The notes beneath the pieces are model-generated. The model was given only the letters and a program-made list of their open reading frames with translations. It was not told where the DNA came from and made no database searches. The position numbers and the translations under genes were made by a program. A stretch of DNA of 64,000 nucleotides from Pseudomonadota bacterium (GTDB lineage Bacteria > Pseudomonadota > Alphaproteobacteria > Rhodospirillales > Magnetospirillaceae), in the NCBI GenBank assembly GCA_021848545.1, contig JAJZUL010000014.1:1430-65429 (forward strand). Reading direction: 5' to 3'. Positions 21,344 to 32,235 of the stretch are shown here, in pieces; the stretch's first letter is position 1; each line of letters opens with the position of its first letter.

Positions 21344-21732
21344 CCCGTTTTGTTTTGCCCTCGCCGCGCGGGTGTCCGTGCCCTCAATGAGCGCGAGAGC
21401 TGCGTGCCTCGTATTTAAGGCGCGCCGCTCCAGGTTTTTCCATACGTCTTCAAAAGAACGATCGATGGGCGGTGCGGGGGGTGTCATCCCCGATGTCTGA
21501 ATGGCGCCGTAATTTGTTGATAAGAGGCGGGTTTGGCGTCCGCCCAATGGTCCTTGGCTTTAAGGCGGGGGGCGCCTTGGTCGAAATTGCTGCTCCGCAG
21601 CAATTAACTAAAATGAAGTTAATTGAATTTAATCCCTTGTAATATAAGTGATAAAATCGGCGAAAAGTCTTGCCAAGACGCCGTCTTCGCGGTACCGATC
21701 TTGCGGTTTCTGACGTGGATTCCGGAGGAAGA

Positions 21733-22734
21733 ATGGCGACGACGCGACGGCGGGGCAAGCGACCGGCTGAGCCGGATGCGGCCGAATTGCTGGGCTATTA
21801 CCGCGAAATGCTGTTGATCCGCCGCTTCGAGGAGAAGGCGGGTCAGCTTTACGGCATGGGGCTGATCGCCGGCTTCTGTCACTTGTACATCGGCCAGGAG
21901 GCGGTGGTGTCCGGCATGATGGCCGCCGCCGATCCCACGGATTCGGTGGTGACCTCCTATCGCGACCACGGCCATATGCTGGCCTGCGGCATGGACCCCA
22001 AGGGCGTCATGGCCGAATTGACCGGCCGTTCCGGGGGCTATTCCCGGGGCAAGGGCGGCTCGATGCACATGTTCAGCCACGAGAAGCATTTCTATGGCGG
22101 GCACGGCATCGTCGGCGCGCAGGTGCCGATCGGCACCGGGCTGGGCTTTTCCCACCAATATCGGGGTGATGGCGGGGTCTGCCACTGCTATCTCGGCGAC
22201 GGCGCCATCAATCAGGGGCAGGTCTACGAATCCTTCAACATGGCGTCCTTGTGGAGCCTGCCGGTCGTCTACGTCATCGAGAACAACAAATACGCCATGG
22301 GCACCTCGGTCGAACGGGCGGCGGCCGGGACCGAACTGTACCGCCGCGGCGCCGCCTACAATATTCCCGGCGAAGCGGTGGACGGCATGGACATCCTGGC
22401 GGTGCGTGATGCCGCCTTTCGCGCCCTCGGCCACGCCCGCGGCGGGCAGGGGCCTTATATCCTCGAAATGAAAACCTATCGCTATCGCGGCCATTCCATG
22501 TCCGATCCCGCGAAATATCGGACCAAGGAGGAGGTCAGCCGCATGCGTGAGCAGCATGATCCCATCGATACGCTGAAAGCCAAATTGCTGGCGAACGGCG
22601 TGGTGGACGAGGCGGCCCTCAAGGAGATCGACCGGGAGGTCAAGGCCGTGGTGACCGAGGCGGCCGAGTTCGCCCAGACCAGTCCCGAACCCGATGCCGC
22701 GGCCCTGTGGGCCGACGTGCTGGTGGAAGCGTGA
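21733..22734 (+). CDS. pdhA: pyruvate dehydrogenase E1 component alpha subunit
   Basis: [21 protein letters not shown] and the TPP motif [26 protein letters not shown] before ATG 21733. Confidence 0.95.
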   Translation: MATTRRRGKRPAEPDAAELLGYYREMLLIRRFEEKAGQLYGMGLIAGFCHLYIGQEAVVSGMMAAADPTDSVVTSYRDHGHMLACGMDPKGVMAELTGRSGGYSRGKGGSMHMFSHEKHFYGGHGIVGAQVPIGTGLGFSHQYRGDGGVCHCYLGDGAINQGQVYESFNMASLWSLPVVYVIENNKYAMGTSVERAAAGTELYRRGAAYNIPGEAVDGMDILAVRDAAFRALGHARGGQGPYILEMKTYRYRGHSMSDPAKYRTKEEVSRMREQHDPIDTLKAKLLANGVVDEAALKEIDREVKAVVTEAAEFAQTSPEPDAAALWADVLVEA

Positions 22735-22744
22735 GGAGGGACGG

Positions 22745-24118
22745 ATGGCGACCGAAATTTTGATGCCGGCTCTTTCGCCGACCATGACAGAAGGCAAGGT
22801 GGCGCGCTGGCTGAAGCGCGAGGGTGATGCGGTCAAGGCCGGCGATGTTCTGGCCGAGATCGAAACCGACAAGGCGACCATGGAATTCGAGGCGGTGGAC
22901 GAAGGCCATCTGGGCAGGATTCTGGTGGCCGGCGGTACCGAAGGGGTGGCGGTGAACACCCCCATCGCCGTTTTGCTGGAAGAGGGCGAGGACGCGTCGG
23001 CGGCGATCCTGCCGAAGGCCGCGCCTGCGGCCCCGCCGCCCGCCGCTGTCGTTTCCGCTGCCGCGGCGCCTTCGACGGTGCCCGCGGCCCCGGCGGCGGC
23101 GGCGATCAGGGCGGAGCCCGACTATACCGGCGAGACCGCCCATATGACCGTGCGCGAGGCATTGCGCGACGCCATGGCCGAGGAAATGCGCCGGGACGCG
23201 AACGTGTTCCTGCTGGGCGAGGAAGTGGCCCAGTATCAGGGCGCCTATAAGGTCAGCCAGGGGCTGCTTGAGGAGTTCGGGCCTAAGCGGGTGATCGATA
23301 CGCCGATCACGGAAATGGGGTTCGCCGGTCTGGCGGTGGGCGCGGCCTTTTCGGGATTGCGGCCGATCGTCGAATTCATGACCATGAATTTTTCCATGCA
23401 GGCCATGGATCAGATCATCAATTCCGCCGCCAAGACCCTGTACATGTCGGGCGGCCAGCAATCCTGCCCGATCGTGTTTCGCGGTCCCAACGGCGCCGCC
23501 GCCCGGGTGGCCGCCCAGCACAGTCAAGATTACGCCTCCTGGTTCGCCCATGTGCCGGGCATCAAGGTGCTGGCGCCCTATTCCGGGGCCGATTCCAAGG
23601 GCTTGCTGAAAGCGGCGATCCGCGATCCCAACCCGGTGGTGTTCCTGGAGAACGAGCTGCTGTACGGGCAAAGTTTCGACGTGCCCGTCGATCCCGAATT
23701 CATCGTTCCCATCGGCCGCGCCCGCATCGAGCGGCCGGGTGGATCGGTCACCCTGGTGGCCTATTCGCGTATGGTCCAGGTGGCGCTGGAAGCGGCCGAC
23801 ATGCTGGCCGCCGAAGGGATCGAGGCCGAGGTGATCAATCTGCGCACCCTGCGTCCGCTGGATATCGACACCATCGTCGCCTCGGTGAAGAAGACCAATC
23901 GCATCGTCAGCGTCGAGGAAGGCTGGCCCTATGCCGGCATCGGTTCGGAAATCGCCGCGGTGATGATGGAACACGCCTTCGACTGGCTCGACGCTCCGGT
24001 GGCGCGGGTCTGCGGCGTCGACGTGCCCATGCCCTATGCCGCCAATCTCGAACGACTGTGTCTGCCGCAGGCCGACAAGGTGGCCGAGGCGGCACGCCAG
24101 GTCTGCTATCGCAAATAG
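22745..24118 (+). CDS. pdhB: pyruvate dehydrogenase E1 component beta subunit with N-terminal lipoyl domain
   Basis: Lipoyl domain ([20 protein letters not shown]...ETDKATME), an Ala/Pro linker, then a transketolase-like E1 beta ([13 protein letters not shown]). Confidence 0.95.
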   Translation: MATEILMPALSPTMTEGKVARWLKREGDAVKAGDVLAEIETDKATMEFEAVDEGHLGRILVAGGTEGVAVNTPIAVLLEEGEDASAAILPKAAPAAPPPAAVVSAAAAPSTVPAAPAAAAIRAEPDYTGETAHMTVREALRDAMAEEMRRDANVFLLGEEVAQYQGAYKVSQGLLEEFGPKRVIDTPITEMGFAGLAVGAAFSGLRPIVEFMTMNFSMQAMDQIINSAAKTLYMSGGQQSCPIVFRGPNGAAARVAAQHSQDYASWFAHVPGIKVLAPYSGADSKGLLKAAIRDPNPVVFLENELLYGQSFDVPVDPEFIVPIGRARIERPGGSVTLVAYSRMVQVALEAADMLAAEGIEAEVINLRTLRPLDIDTIVASVKKTNRIVSVEEGWPYAGIGSEIAAVMMEHAFDWLDAPVARVCGVDVPMPYAANLERLCLPQADKVAEAARQVCYRK

Positions 24119-24131
24119 AGGGACGCGACGC

Positions 24132-25379
24132 ATGCCCATCGAGATTTTGATGCCCGCCTTGTCGCCCACCATGAGCGACGGCACACTGACCCGCTGGCTC
24201 AAAAGCGAAGGCGACACGGTCAAATCGGGCGACGCCATCGCCGAGATCGAGACCGACAAGGCGACCATGGAATTCGAGGCGGTGGACGAGGGAATCCTCG
24301 GCCGCATCCTCGTGCCCGGCGGAACCGCCGGGGTCAAGGTGAACCAGCCGATCGCCCTGTTGCTGGAAGAGGGCGAGGACTCCTCCGCCCTGGACCATCC
24401 CGTCACGTCCGCGCCGGCACCATCGCCCAAATCGGCGCCGGCAGCTCCTGTCGCCGCTTCGCCCGCGCCGGCCCCCACGCCCGCGCCGGCTCCCACGCAT
24501 ACCTCGGGTCGCGTTTTCGCCAGCCCCCTGGCCCGGCGCCTGGCGGCCGAGACCGGCGTGGCGTTGGAGACGGTCAAAGGCAGCGGTCCCCATGGCCGCG
24601 TGGTCAAGGCCGATGTCGAAGCCGCGCGCGTCGCCGCGCCGGCCGCTTCGGCGCCCGCGGCCGCAATCATGGCCGCCGCTCCGTCGCCGTTCGAGCCGGC
24701 CTATGAGGAGATTCCCAATTCGTCGATGCGCAAGGTTATCGCCCGCCGCCTGACCGAGGCCAAGCAGACGGTGCCGCATTTCTACCTGACCATCGATTGC
24801 GAAGTGGATTCCCTGCTCAAGATCCGGAGCGATCTCAACGCCCGGTCCGACGCGTTCAAACTGTCGGTGAACGATTTCGTCATCCGCGCCGTGGCCCTGG
24901 CCCTGCGCAAGGTGCCGGACGCCAATGCCGCCTGGGGCGAAGAGGCGATCCGCCGCTATACCGATATCGACATCTCTGTCGCCGTGGCGACGCCGGGCGG
25001 GTTGATCACCCCGATTCTCCATCAGGCCGATCGCAAGGGGCTGGCCGAAATTTCCAATCAGATGAAGGAGATGGCCGGCCGCGCCCGCGAAGGCAAGCTG
25101 CGTCCCGAGGAGTATCAGGGCGGCGGTTTCAGCATCTCCAATCTCGGCATGTACGGCATTCGCGAATTCGCCGCCATCATCAACCCGCCGCAGGGCTGTA
25201 TCCTGGCGGTCGGCGCCGCCACCCAGCGGCCGGTGGTCAAGGATGGCGCCCTGGCGGTGGCGACGGTGATGACCTGTACCCTGTCGGTGGATCATCGGGT
25301 GGTGGACGGCGCCGTCGGCGCCCAGTTCCTGGCCGCGTTCAAGTCCCTGATCGAGGACCCGCTGTCGATGCTCCTGTAA
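24132..25379 (+). CDS. pdhC: dihydrolipoamide acetyltransferase (E2) of pyruvate dehydrogenase
   Basis: Lipoyl domain, Ala/Pro linkers, E3-binding domain ([11 protein letters not shown]) and a catalytic domain with the DHRVVDG motif. Confidence 0.95.
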   Translation: MPIEILMPALSPTMSDGTLTRWLKSEGDTVKSGDAIAEIETDKATMEFEAVDEGILGRILVPGGTAGVKVNQPIALLLEEGEDSSALDHPVTSAPAPSPKSAPAAPVAASPAPAPTPAPAPTHTSGRVFASPLARRLAAETGVALETVKGSGPHGRVVKADVEAARVAAPAASAPAAAIMAAAPSPFEPAYEEIPNSSMRKVIARRLTEAKQTVPHFYLTIDCEVDSLLKIRSDLNARSDAFKLSVNDFVIRAVALALRKVPDANAAWGEEAIRRYTDIDISVAVATPGGLITPILHQADRKGLAEISNQMKEMAGRAREGKLRPEEYQGGGFSISNLGMYGIREFAAIINPPQGCILAVGAATQRPVVKDGALAVATVMTCTLSVDHRVVDGAVGAQFLAAFKSLIEDPLSMLL

Positions 25380-25432
25380 GGGCGACCGGGACATAAGCGG
25401 CGCGGGAAGCAAATTAGGTCTGGAGGGACGGC

Positions 25433-26821
25433 ATGGCCGAGGACAAATTCGATCTGGTGGTGGTCGGGGGGGGGCCCGGCGGGTATGTGACCGCCATCCG
25501 CGGGGCGCAATTGGGCATGCGGGTCGCCGTCGTCGAACGGGAGCATCTGGGCGGCATCTGTCTTAATTGGGGGTGCATTCCCACCAAGGCGCTGCTGCGC
25601 TCCGCCGACGTTCTGCGGACCATGAAACATGCCGAATCCTACGGGCTCAGCGCCGGTACGGTCGGTTTCGACCTCGCCAAGGTGGTCGCCCGTTCGCGGG
25701 CGGTGGCCGGACAGCTTCAGGCCGGGGTCAAGCATCTGCTCAAAAAGAACAAGGTGACCGTGTTCGAAGGCCATGGACGTCTGGCCGGGGCCGGCAAGGT
25801 GGCCGTGGGCGACAAGACGGTCGTCAGCGCGCCCCATATCATTCTGGCGACGGGGGCCAGGGCTCGGGTCCTGCCGGGCCTGGAACCGGACGGAAAACTG
25901 ATCTGGACCTATCGGGAAGCCCTGGTTCCCGATACGGCGCCCAAGCGCCTGCTGGTGGTCGGGTCCGGGGCGATCGGCATTGAATTCGCCAGTTTTTTCA
26001 ATGCACTGGGGTCTGATGTGACCGTGGTCGAGGTGATGGACCGCATTCTTCCCGTGGAAGATGAGGAAATATCCTCCATTGCCCGGAAATCATTCGAAAA
26101 ACAAGGGATGAAAATCATCACTTCGGCCAAGATCGAAGGGATGGTCAAGGGAACCGATTCGGTCACCGCCACCATCGAGGCCGGAGGGAAGCGTCACGAG
26201 ATCACGGCCGACCGGGTCATTTCGGCGGTGGGGATCGTCGGTAATGTCGAGGATATCGGCCTGGAAGGCAGCGGCGTGATGGTCGAGCGCACCCACGTGG
26301 TGGTCGATCAATGGTGCCGGACCGGCGCGCCGGGTGTTTATGCCATCGGCGATCTTGCCGGACCACCGTGGCTGGCGCACAAGGCCAGTCATGAAGGGGT
26401 GATCTGCGTGGAGAAGATCGCCGGCCTGGACGACGTCCATCCCCTGGATGCGGGTCGTATTCCGGGCTGCACCTACAGCCATCCCCAGGTGGCCAGCGTC
26501 GGCCTGACGGAAAAGGCCGCCAAGGACAAGGGATACGAGGTGCGGGTGGGCCGCTTCCCCTTTATCGGCAACGGCAAGGCCATTGCCCTGGGCGAGACCG
26601 AGGGATTGGTCAAGACCGTGTTCGATGCCAAAAGCGGCGCCCTGCTGGGGGCCCATATGGTCGGGGCGGAGGTGACCGAGATGATTCAGGGGTATGCGGT
26701 GGCGCAAACCCTGGAAACGACCGAAGCCGAGCTGATGCACACCGTTTTCCCGCATCCGACCTTGAGCGAAATGATGCATGAGGCGGTTCTCGACGCTTAT
26801 GGCCGGGTGATTCATTTCTGA
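25433..26821 (+). CDS. lpdA: dihydrolipoyl dehydrogenase (E3)
   Basis: GGGPGGY, redox-active [13 protein letters not shown], and the C-terminal HPTLSE dimerisation motif. Confidence 0.95.
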   Translation: MAEDKFDLVVVGGGPGGYVTAIRGAQLGMRVAVVEREHLGGICLNWGCIPTKALLRSADVLRTMKHAESYGLSAGTVGFDLAKVVARSRAVAGQLQAGVKHLLKKNKVTVFEGHGRLAGAGKVAVGDKTVVSAPHIILATGARARVLPGLEPDGKLIWTYREALVPDTAPKRLLVVGSGAIGIEFASFFNALGSDVTVVEVMDRILPVEDEEISSIARKSFEKQGMKIITSAKIEGMVKGTDSVTATIEAGGKRHEITADRVISAVGIVGNVEDIGLEGSGVMVERTHVVVDQWCRTGAPGVYAIGDLAGPPWLAHKASHEGVICVEKIAGLDDVHPLDAGRIPGCTYSHPQVASVGLTEKAAKDKGYEVRVGRFPFIGNGKAIALGETEGLVKTVFDAKSGALLGAHMVGAEVTEMIQGYAVAQTLETTEAELMHTVFPHPTLSEMMHEAVLDAYGRVIHF

Positions 26822-26880
26822 GGCGGCCGTGCCGTAAGGAAGGTCTTGACCCGGTCGTCCCGGTAGCCGATATCCGAACC

Positions 26881-27813
26881 ATGTCCGATCCCATCACCAC
26901 AGCGCCACCGCGTCATCCCGAAAAAATACGCCGGGCCGACAATCCGTCGCCGCGCAAACCGGACTGGATTCGGGTCAAGGCGCCGACTTCGGCGGAAGTC
27001 GCCGATCTGCGCCGGATGATGCGCGACAAGAATCTGCATACGGTTTGCGAGGAAGCGGCCTGTCCCAACATGGGCGAATGTTGGGTGCAGCGGCATGCGA
27101 CCTTCATGATCCTGGGCGATGTCTGTACCCGGGCCTGCGCGTTCTGCAACGTCAAGACCGGCCGCCCGCTGGCGGTCGATCCGGCCGAGCCGATGCGGGT
27201 GGCTGAAAGCGTGCGGGATATGGGGCTGAAGCATGTGGTGGTGACGTCGGTGGATCGCGACGATCTTGCCGATGGGGGGGCCGGCCAGTTCGTCGCCTGT
27301 ATCGAACAGATCCGGGCCTTGGATCTGGGGTGCTCGGTGGAAGTGCTCACTCCCGATTTTCGCGACAAGGCCGGCGCCGTGGAGCGCGTGGCCGAGGCCC
27401 GTCCCGACGTGTTCAATCATAATCTGGAAACGGTGCCCCGGCTGTATGGACCCATTCGTCCCGGTGCCCGCTATTTCGAATCCTTGCGTCTGTTGCAGAA
27501 GGCCAAGGAGGTGGCGCCGCTTTTCACCAAGTCCGGGATCATGGTGGGGCTGGGCGAATCGCGCCAGGAAGTGGCGCAGGTCATGGACGATATGCGCTCG
27601 GCCGGGGTGGATTTCATCACCATCGGCCAATATCTTCAGCCGACCCTGAAACATGCCGCGGTCGAACGGTTCGTGACCCCCGATGAATTCGCGGATTATG
27701 CGCAGATGGCCCGGGCCAAGGGCTTTCTTATGGTGACGGCATCGCCTTTGACCCGCTCGTCCCATCACGCCGATCGCGATTTCGCCGCCTTGCGCGACGC
27801 GCGGGCGGGATAG
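26881..27813 (+). CDS. lipA: lipoyl synthase
   Basis: [12 protein letters not shown] and the radical-SAM motif [10 protein letters not shown]. Confidence 0.95.
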   Translation: MSDPITTAPPRHPEKIRRADNPSPRKPDWIRVKAPTSAEVADLRRMMRDKNLHTVCEEAACPNMGECWVQRHATFMILGDVCTRACAFCNVKTGRPLAVDPAEPMRVAESVRDMGLKHVVVTSVDRDDLADGGAGQFVACIEQIRALDLGCSVEVLTPDFRDKAGAVERVAEARPDVFNHNLETVPRLYGPIRPGARYFESLRLLQKAKEVAPLFTKSGIMVGLGESRQEVAQVMDDMRSAGVDFITIGQYLQPTLKHAAVERFVTPDEFADYAQMARAKGFLMVTASPLTRSSHHADRDFAALRDARAG

Positions 27814-27823
27814 GGGGTGCCGC

Positions 27824-28288
27824 ATGCCGACCCATGCCGAGAATCGTTACCTGCCTTATACGCCAGGGCAAATGTTCGAGCTCGTCGCCGATGTGGAACG
27901 TTATCCCGACTTCCTGCCCTGGTGCGTCGGCGCGCGCATCCGCCGGCGCGACGGCGACGTGTTTCTGGCCGATCTGGTGATCGGATTCAAAATGGTGCGG
28001 GAACGCTACACCTCCCGGGTTTCTCTGGATCGCACGGTCGGGCGCATCGATGTGACCTATACCGAGGGGCCGTTTCATCACCTGGATAATCATTGGGTGT
28101 TTTTGCCGGCCGGGGATGGGGGAACCCATGTCGATTTCTTCGTCGATTTCGAATTCCGCTCGCGTCTGCTGCAGCGGCTGATCGGCGGCCTGTTCGGCGA
28201 AGCGGTCAGGCTTATGGTTCATTCCTTCGAGCGGCGGGCGCGGACGCTGTACGGCGCTGACGGGCGGGCTCTGCCGCGCGCGACCTGA
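27824..28288 (+). CDS. ratA: SRPBCC family protein, RatA / COQ10-like ubiquinone-binding protein
   Basis: YTPGQMFELVADVERYPDFLPWC is typical of the polyketide_cyc2 / COQ10 family. The position downstream of lipA is conserved. Confidence 0.8.
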   Translation: MPTHAENRYLPYTPGQMFELVADVERYPDFLPWCVGARIRRRDGDVFLADLVIGFKMVRERYTSRVSLDRTVGRIDVTYTEGPFHHLDNHWVFLPAGDGGTHVDFFVDFEFRSRLLQRLIGGLFGEAVRLMVHSFERRARTLYGADGRALPRAT

Positions 28289-28294
28289 TCGTCC

Positions 28295-29719
28295 TCACTG
28301 GTCGCATTCCACCAATACCACCGATTTACTCACGGATTCGGCGATATCGGCCGGTGATTTGGGCGTGTTCGAGAGGGCCGTGCGATAGGTGATGCTGTTC
28401 TCGCTGAGAAATTGGCGGGCATAGCGGGCGCGGGTGGCGAAATTCACGTTCTGAGGCATGTCGCCATATAATTTCTGGATTTCCTCGGCGTTCAATTTGC
28501 GCGCTACCACGCCGATGACGCTCCCGTTCATATCAAGTAGCGGGCCGCCGGAATCGCCGATTTCAATCGGCGCCGTCATCTGCAGGTAGCGTGTGTCGCC
28601 ATGTTCGCCGGCCATGGCGCTGATGTTGCCGATGGTGACGTTGACTTGGCGCGCCAGAACGTTGGGCAGAGGGTAGCCCAGGACGACCACGCCGTCGCCG
28701 GGACGGATCGGTCGGCCTTTGCGGAAGCGCGCGGCGGGGGTGTCCGTCAGCGACGTCTTGAGAAGGGCAAGGTCGTTGACCGGGTCCGAAGCGATGATGG
28801 TCGCGACGGTGGCGGCGGCATCGCCCGAAGGGGTGACACGAAGGGCGCGGCAATTGTTGGTTCCGTGGAAATCGGTCAGCACCACGCCATGATCGGTGAC
28901 GAAAAAGCCCGTGGCGAGAACGACTTTGCGGCTGGAGGCGGGAAGGAGGGGCGGCGGGGGAACCGGGGCGGAATAGGCGACGGCGACCTGATCGCCGCGC
29001 TTGGCCGCGACGGAACGGGCGCGGGCGACATCGTCCGCCGGCAATCGGGACAAAGCCTGGTCACGCAAGACGGCATAGGCCTGTCGTTGGGCGGGGCCGG
29101 CGTCCGTCGTGGCGCGAATGGCCCAGACCGCGGCGGCGAAACGGTTGCGGGGCACGCCCCGGCCTTCGGCGTAAGCCGTGGCCAGAAGATGTTCGGAGAG
29201 GGGGCGTTTCTTGGCCGCGGCCTGCCGCAGCATCGGTATGGCGCGGGCGGGGTCGCGCACCACCAGCGCGCCCTGCCAGAACAACAGGCCCAATTGTTCC
29301 GCCGCATAACCGCTGCCCAAAGATGCTGCCCGCCGCAGCTTGCCGATGCCGGCATCGACATCGCGCGGCATGGCCGTGCCGGTGATCTGAAAGACGCCCA
29401 GTCTGGCCAAAGCCAGGGGAACCGAAAGGGCGGCGGCCTTCCGATACCAACGGATCGCTTCAGGCCGGTTGCGGGCGACGCCATAGCCCGCCCATAGCAA
29501 ATCGCCGATGCGGGTTTCGGCGCGGGCGTCGCCGGCCTTGGCCAATGGCTTGAGCAGACGATAGGCGTCGGTCCAGTCGCCACGCAAATAGGCGGCTTCG
29601 CCCGCCTTCCAACCGTTTTTTCCGGTCGTGTCCGGTTCGGCCCGGGCGGGAAAGGAAGATAGGATCGGAAAAGTCGCCAAGGCCAGGGCCATGGCCAAAA
29701 AGGGAGCGGAGCGGGGCAT
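28295..29719 (-). CDS. secreted Sel1-repeat / trypsin-like serine protease fusion protein
   Basis: Signal peptide (AMALALATFPILSSFPARA), several Sel1-type repeats (...GYGVARNRPEAIRWYRKAA...), then an S1-like domain with H (TDFHGTNNC), D (NDLALLK) and S (GDSGGPLLD). Confidence 0.8.
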   Translation of the reverse strand: MPRSAPFLAMALALATFPILSSFPARAEPDTTGKNGWKAGEAAYLRGDWTDAYRLLKPLAKAGDARAETRIGDLLWAGYGVARNRPEAIRWYRKAAALSVPLALARLGVFQITGTAMPRDVDAGIGKLRRAASLGSGYAAEQLGLLFWQGALVVRDPARAIPMLRQAAAKKRPLSEHLLATAYAEGRGVPRNRFAAAVWAIRATTDAGPAQRQAYAVLRDQALSRLPADDVARARSVAAKRGDQVAVAYSAPVPPPPLLPASSRKVVLATGFFVTDHGVVLTDFHGTNNCRALRVTPSGDAAATVATIIASDPVNDLALLKTSLTDTPAARFRKGRPIRPGDGVVVLGYPLPNVLARQVNVTIGNISAMAGEHGDTRYLQMTAPIEIGDSGGPLLDMNGSVIGVVARKLNAEEIQKLYGDMPQNVNFATRARYARQFLSENSITYRTALSNTPKSPADIAESVSKSVVLVECDQ

Positions 29720-29947
29720 GATGGAAACCGTGGAAGCCTGAACGCGGCGAGTATTTCACATTTGTCCGGGAATCGTCACTTTGGCGGCGGTCAGTTACGA
29801 TTGTCCTCGCCAATTGTCTTTGCCGTCGGTGGCGACTATAAGAGCTTGGGGGACGGCGGCGCCGTGCCCACCGGGTTCCGGCCGCGCCCGCGGGATGCGA
29901 AGTGGCCCCGGATATTCGGGATATGATGTCAGGAGCCGCTAGCCCGC

Positions 29948-30601
29948 ATGGATACCCAGATCGCCCGTCTGAACATGGTCAACCGGCAAATCCGTACCAA
30001 CGGCGTGCGCGACCCCTCGGTCCTGGCCGCCATGCTCGATGTGCCCCGCGACGTCTTTTTGCCGAAGGCGTTGCGCGGTAGCGCCTATCTCGACGAAACG
30101 TTGGATCTGGGCGGTGGACGCGGCCTGGTCGAACCTTTGGTCCTGGCGCGGCTGTTGCAGGGAGCTGAAGTCCGTCCCACCGATCTGGCCCTTGTGGTTG
30201 GCGACGCCACCGGTTACGTGACGGCGGTGATGGCCCGTTTGACGGGCTTCGTCGTTTCCATCGATTGCGACGCGGAATGGCAAAAGCGCGCTCAGGCCAG
30301 TCTTCAGGACCTGGGCATCAGTAACGTCGAGTTGGTTTCAGGACCGCTGGATTCGGGGCATCAGGCCAAGGCGCCTTACGATGTGGTGATTTTTTGCGGG
30401 GCCGTGACGGAAATCCCGCAGGAGGTCTGCCGGCAAATGGCCGATGGCGGCCGACTGGTGGCAGTCGTGAATGACAGGTGCGGGATCGGGCAGGCGGTTC
30501 TGGTGGTGCGTTCCGGCGATACGTTCGGACGGCGGGTCCTGCATGACGCGGCCGTCCCCCTGTTGCCGACCATGGAACAAAAGCCGCATTTCGTGTTGTG
30601 A
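29948..30601 (+). CDS. pcm: protein-L-isoaspartate O-methyltransferase family protein
   Basis: 217 aa. The MVNRQIRTNGVRDPSVLAAMLDVPRDVFLP pattern plus a SAM-MTase core. Conserved pcm-tolC neighbourhood. Confidence 0.85.
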   Translation: MDTQIARLNMVNRQIRTNGVRDPSVLAAMLDVPRDVFLPKALRGSAYLDETLDLGGGRGLVEPLVLARLLQGAEVRPTDLALVVGDATGYVTAVMARLTGFVVSIDCDAEWQKRAQASLQDLGISNVELVSGPLDSGHQAKAPYDVVIFCGAVTEIPQEVCRQMADGGRLVAVVNDRCGIGQAVLVVRSGDTFGRRVLHDAAVPLLPTMEQKPHFVL

Positions 30602-30720
30602 CGAGGGGGCGGCGGTCGCGAGCGGCCGTGCCGGGCATGCGCCTTGATCTTCGCTCAAACCGGCATAATGTGTCGGTGCGACGTGACGGAACTGTTCGGA
30701 CTCGTACCGGAAGGTGTTCG

Positions 30721-32100
30721 ATGAAACGTGTGATTTCGGTGTTGGTCGGTACCGCCTTGATAGGGACGGGGATGGTGGCGTCGGCGCGCGCCGAAACCCT
30801 GGATCAGGTTCTAGTCAAGGCTTATACAACCAACCCCACGCTGTTGGCGGCGCGGGCGGCCTTGCGGGTAACCGACGAAGGCGTGCCCCAGGCTCTGTCC
30901 AATTGGCGCCCCACCGTATCCCTGAACGCCGATGCCGGACGCGGGAACTACTATTACAACCAGTTTCCCAACGGCTACGATCAGGTGCGCAATCCTTGGG
31001 ATTACGGCGTATCGATTACCGAACCGCTGTATCGCGGCGGACGCACCGTTGCCGCCACCGAGGAGGCCAAGGCCTCGGTGCGAGCCGGCCGGGCCCAGTT
31101 GGAAGCGACGGAACAGTCCGTTCTGCTGAAGGCGGCCACGGCTTTCCTCGACGTGGTGCGCGACGAGGCGACCGTTCGGCTGAATATCAACAACGTGCAC
31201 GTGCTTCAGCGCCAACTGGAAGCGACGCGAGAGCGGTTCCGTGTCGGCGAGGTGACCGAAACCGACGTCAGTCAGGCCAAGGCCCGTCTGGCGCGCGCGG
31301 TCGCCGACCGCATCGCCGCCGAGGGCAATCTGCAATCCTCGCGCGCTCATTTCCGTGACGTGATCGGCAGCCCGCCCGAATCGCCGCAGGAGCCCAAGAC
31401 CGCGCCCAAGGTTCCGGCCTCGATCGGTGATGTTCAGGCGCTGGCCCTGGCCCACAATCCCGATGTGATCAAGGCCAACTGGACGGCGATGGCGGCCAAA
31501 CACGGTATCGACGTGGCGGTCGGGGCGCTGCTGCCCACCATCGCCCTGGTCGGCAGTTACAACCGGCAATACAACGAATATACGATCGATTCGAACAGTC
31601 GTAACGAGCAGGCCATGGTGGAGTTCAGCGTTCCCCTGTATCAGGGGGGCGCCGATTATTCCAAGATTCGGGCCAGCAAGCACACCTATGGCCAGCGCCT
31701 CATCGAGGCGGATCAGTCGCGCCGCGACACCTTGCAAACTGCCGATCAGGCTTGGCAGACCCTGATGACGGCTCGCGCCCGGGTCAAAGCTTTCCGGGCG
31801 CAGGTCGCCGCCAACAAGATGGCCTTGGCCGGCGTCGAGGAAGAGGCCAAGGTGGGGTCGCGTACCGTGCTTGACGTCTTGAACGCCGAACAGGAATTGT
31901 TCACGTCCCGCGTCAATCTTGTGACCGCGGAGCATGACGTACTGGTTGGGGCCTTTGAACTCAAGTCGGCCATGGGACAGATGACCGCCCAGGGGCTGGG
32001 ACTTCATGTCAAAGTCTATGATCCACGTAAACATTATGATGCAGTACGGGGAAAATGGTTCGGCACCGGGGGGGATAAGGCCGCCTATTACAAGAAGTGA
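30721..32100 (+). CDS. tolC: TolC family outer-membrane efflux protein
   Basis: Signal peptide MKRVISVLVGTALIGTGMVASARA, then two OEP repeats (TNPTLLAARAAL..., HNPDVIKANW...). Start at ATG 30721. Confidence 0.9.
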   Translation: MKRVISVLVGTALIGTGMVASARAETLDQVLVKAYTTNPTLLAARAALRVTDEGVPQALSNWRPTVSLNADAGRGNYYYNQFPNGYDQVRNPWDYGVSITEPLYRGGRTVAATEEAKASVRAGRAQLEATEQSVLLKAATAFLDVVRDEATVRLNINNVHVLQRQLEATRERFRVGEVTETDVSQAKARLARAVADRIAAEGNLQSSRAHFRDVIGSPPESPQEPKTAPKVPASIGDVQALALAHNPDVIKANWTAMAAKHGIDVAVGALLPTIALVGSYNRQYNEYTIDSNSRNEQAMVEFSVPLYQGGADYSKIRASKHTYGQRLIEADQSRRDTLQTADQAWQTLMTARARVKAFRAQVAANKMALAGVEEEAKVGSRTVLDVLNAEQELFTSRVNLVTAEHDVLVGAFELKSAMGQMTAQGLGLHVKVYDPRKHYDAVRGKWFGTGGDKAAYYKK

Positions 32101-32235
32101 AAATGGCTTCCCGTGTCGTTGCCTCGGTCCATTCCCGATTTATCGGGCCGGGGTTTGAAGGAAAGTAATGATTCTTAATGAATCCTGGGGCATGATGGCG
32201 GAAATACGGTCAGGCAAGCTTTCGGTAGTCGAGTC

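Noticed and set aside
21590-21670. AT-rich segment with TTGAAT / TATAAG-like hexamers as the pdh promoter
   Set aside because: It is plausible, but the spacing to any -10 hexamer is not canonical and I cannot verify it. It is not listed as a feature.
25450-25462. G9 homopolymer in lpdA as a slippage or phase-variation tract
   Set aside because: It simply encodes the invariant GGG of the FAD-binding GGGPGG motif in a G-rich codon background. The gene is intact and essential-type.
27470-27485. TTCGAATCC T-loop-like string suggesting a tRNA
   Set aside because: It lies inside lipA in frame (RYFESL), and no flanking cloverleaf arms are present.
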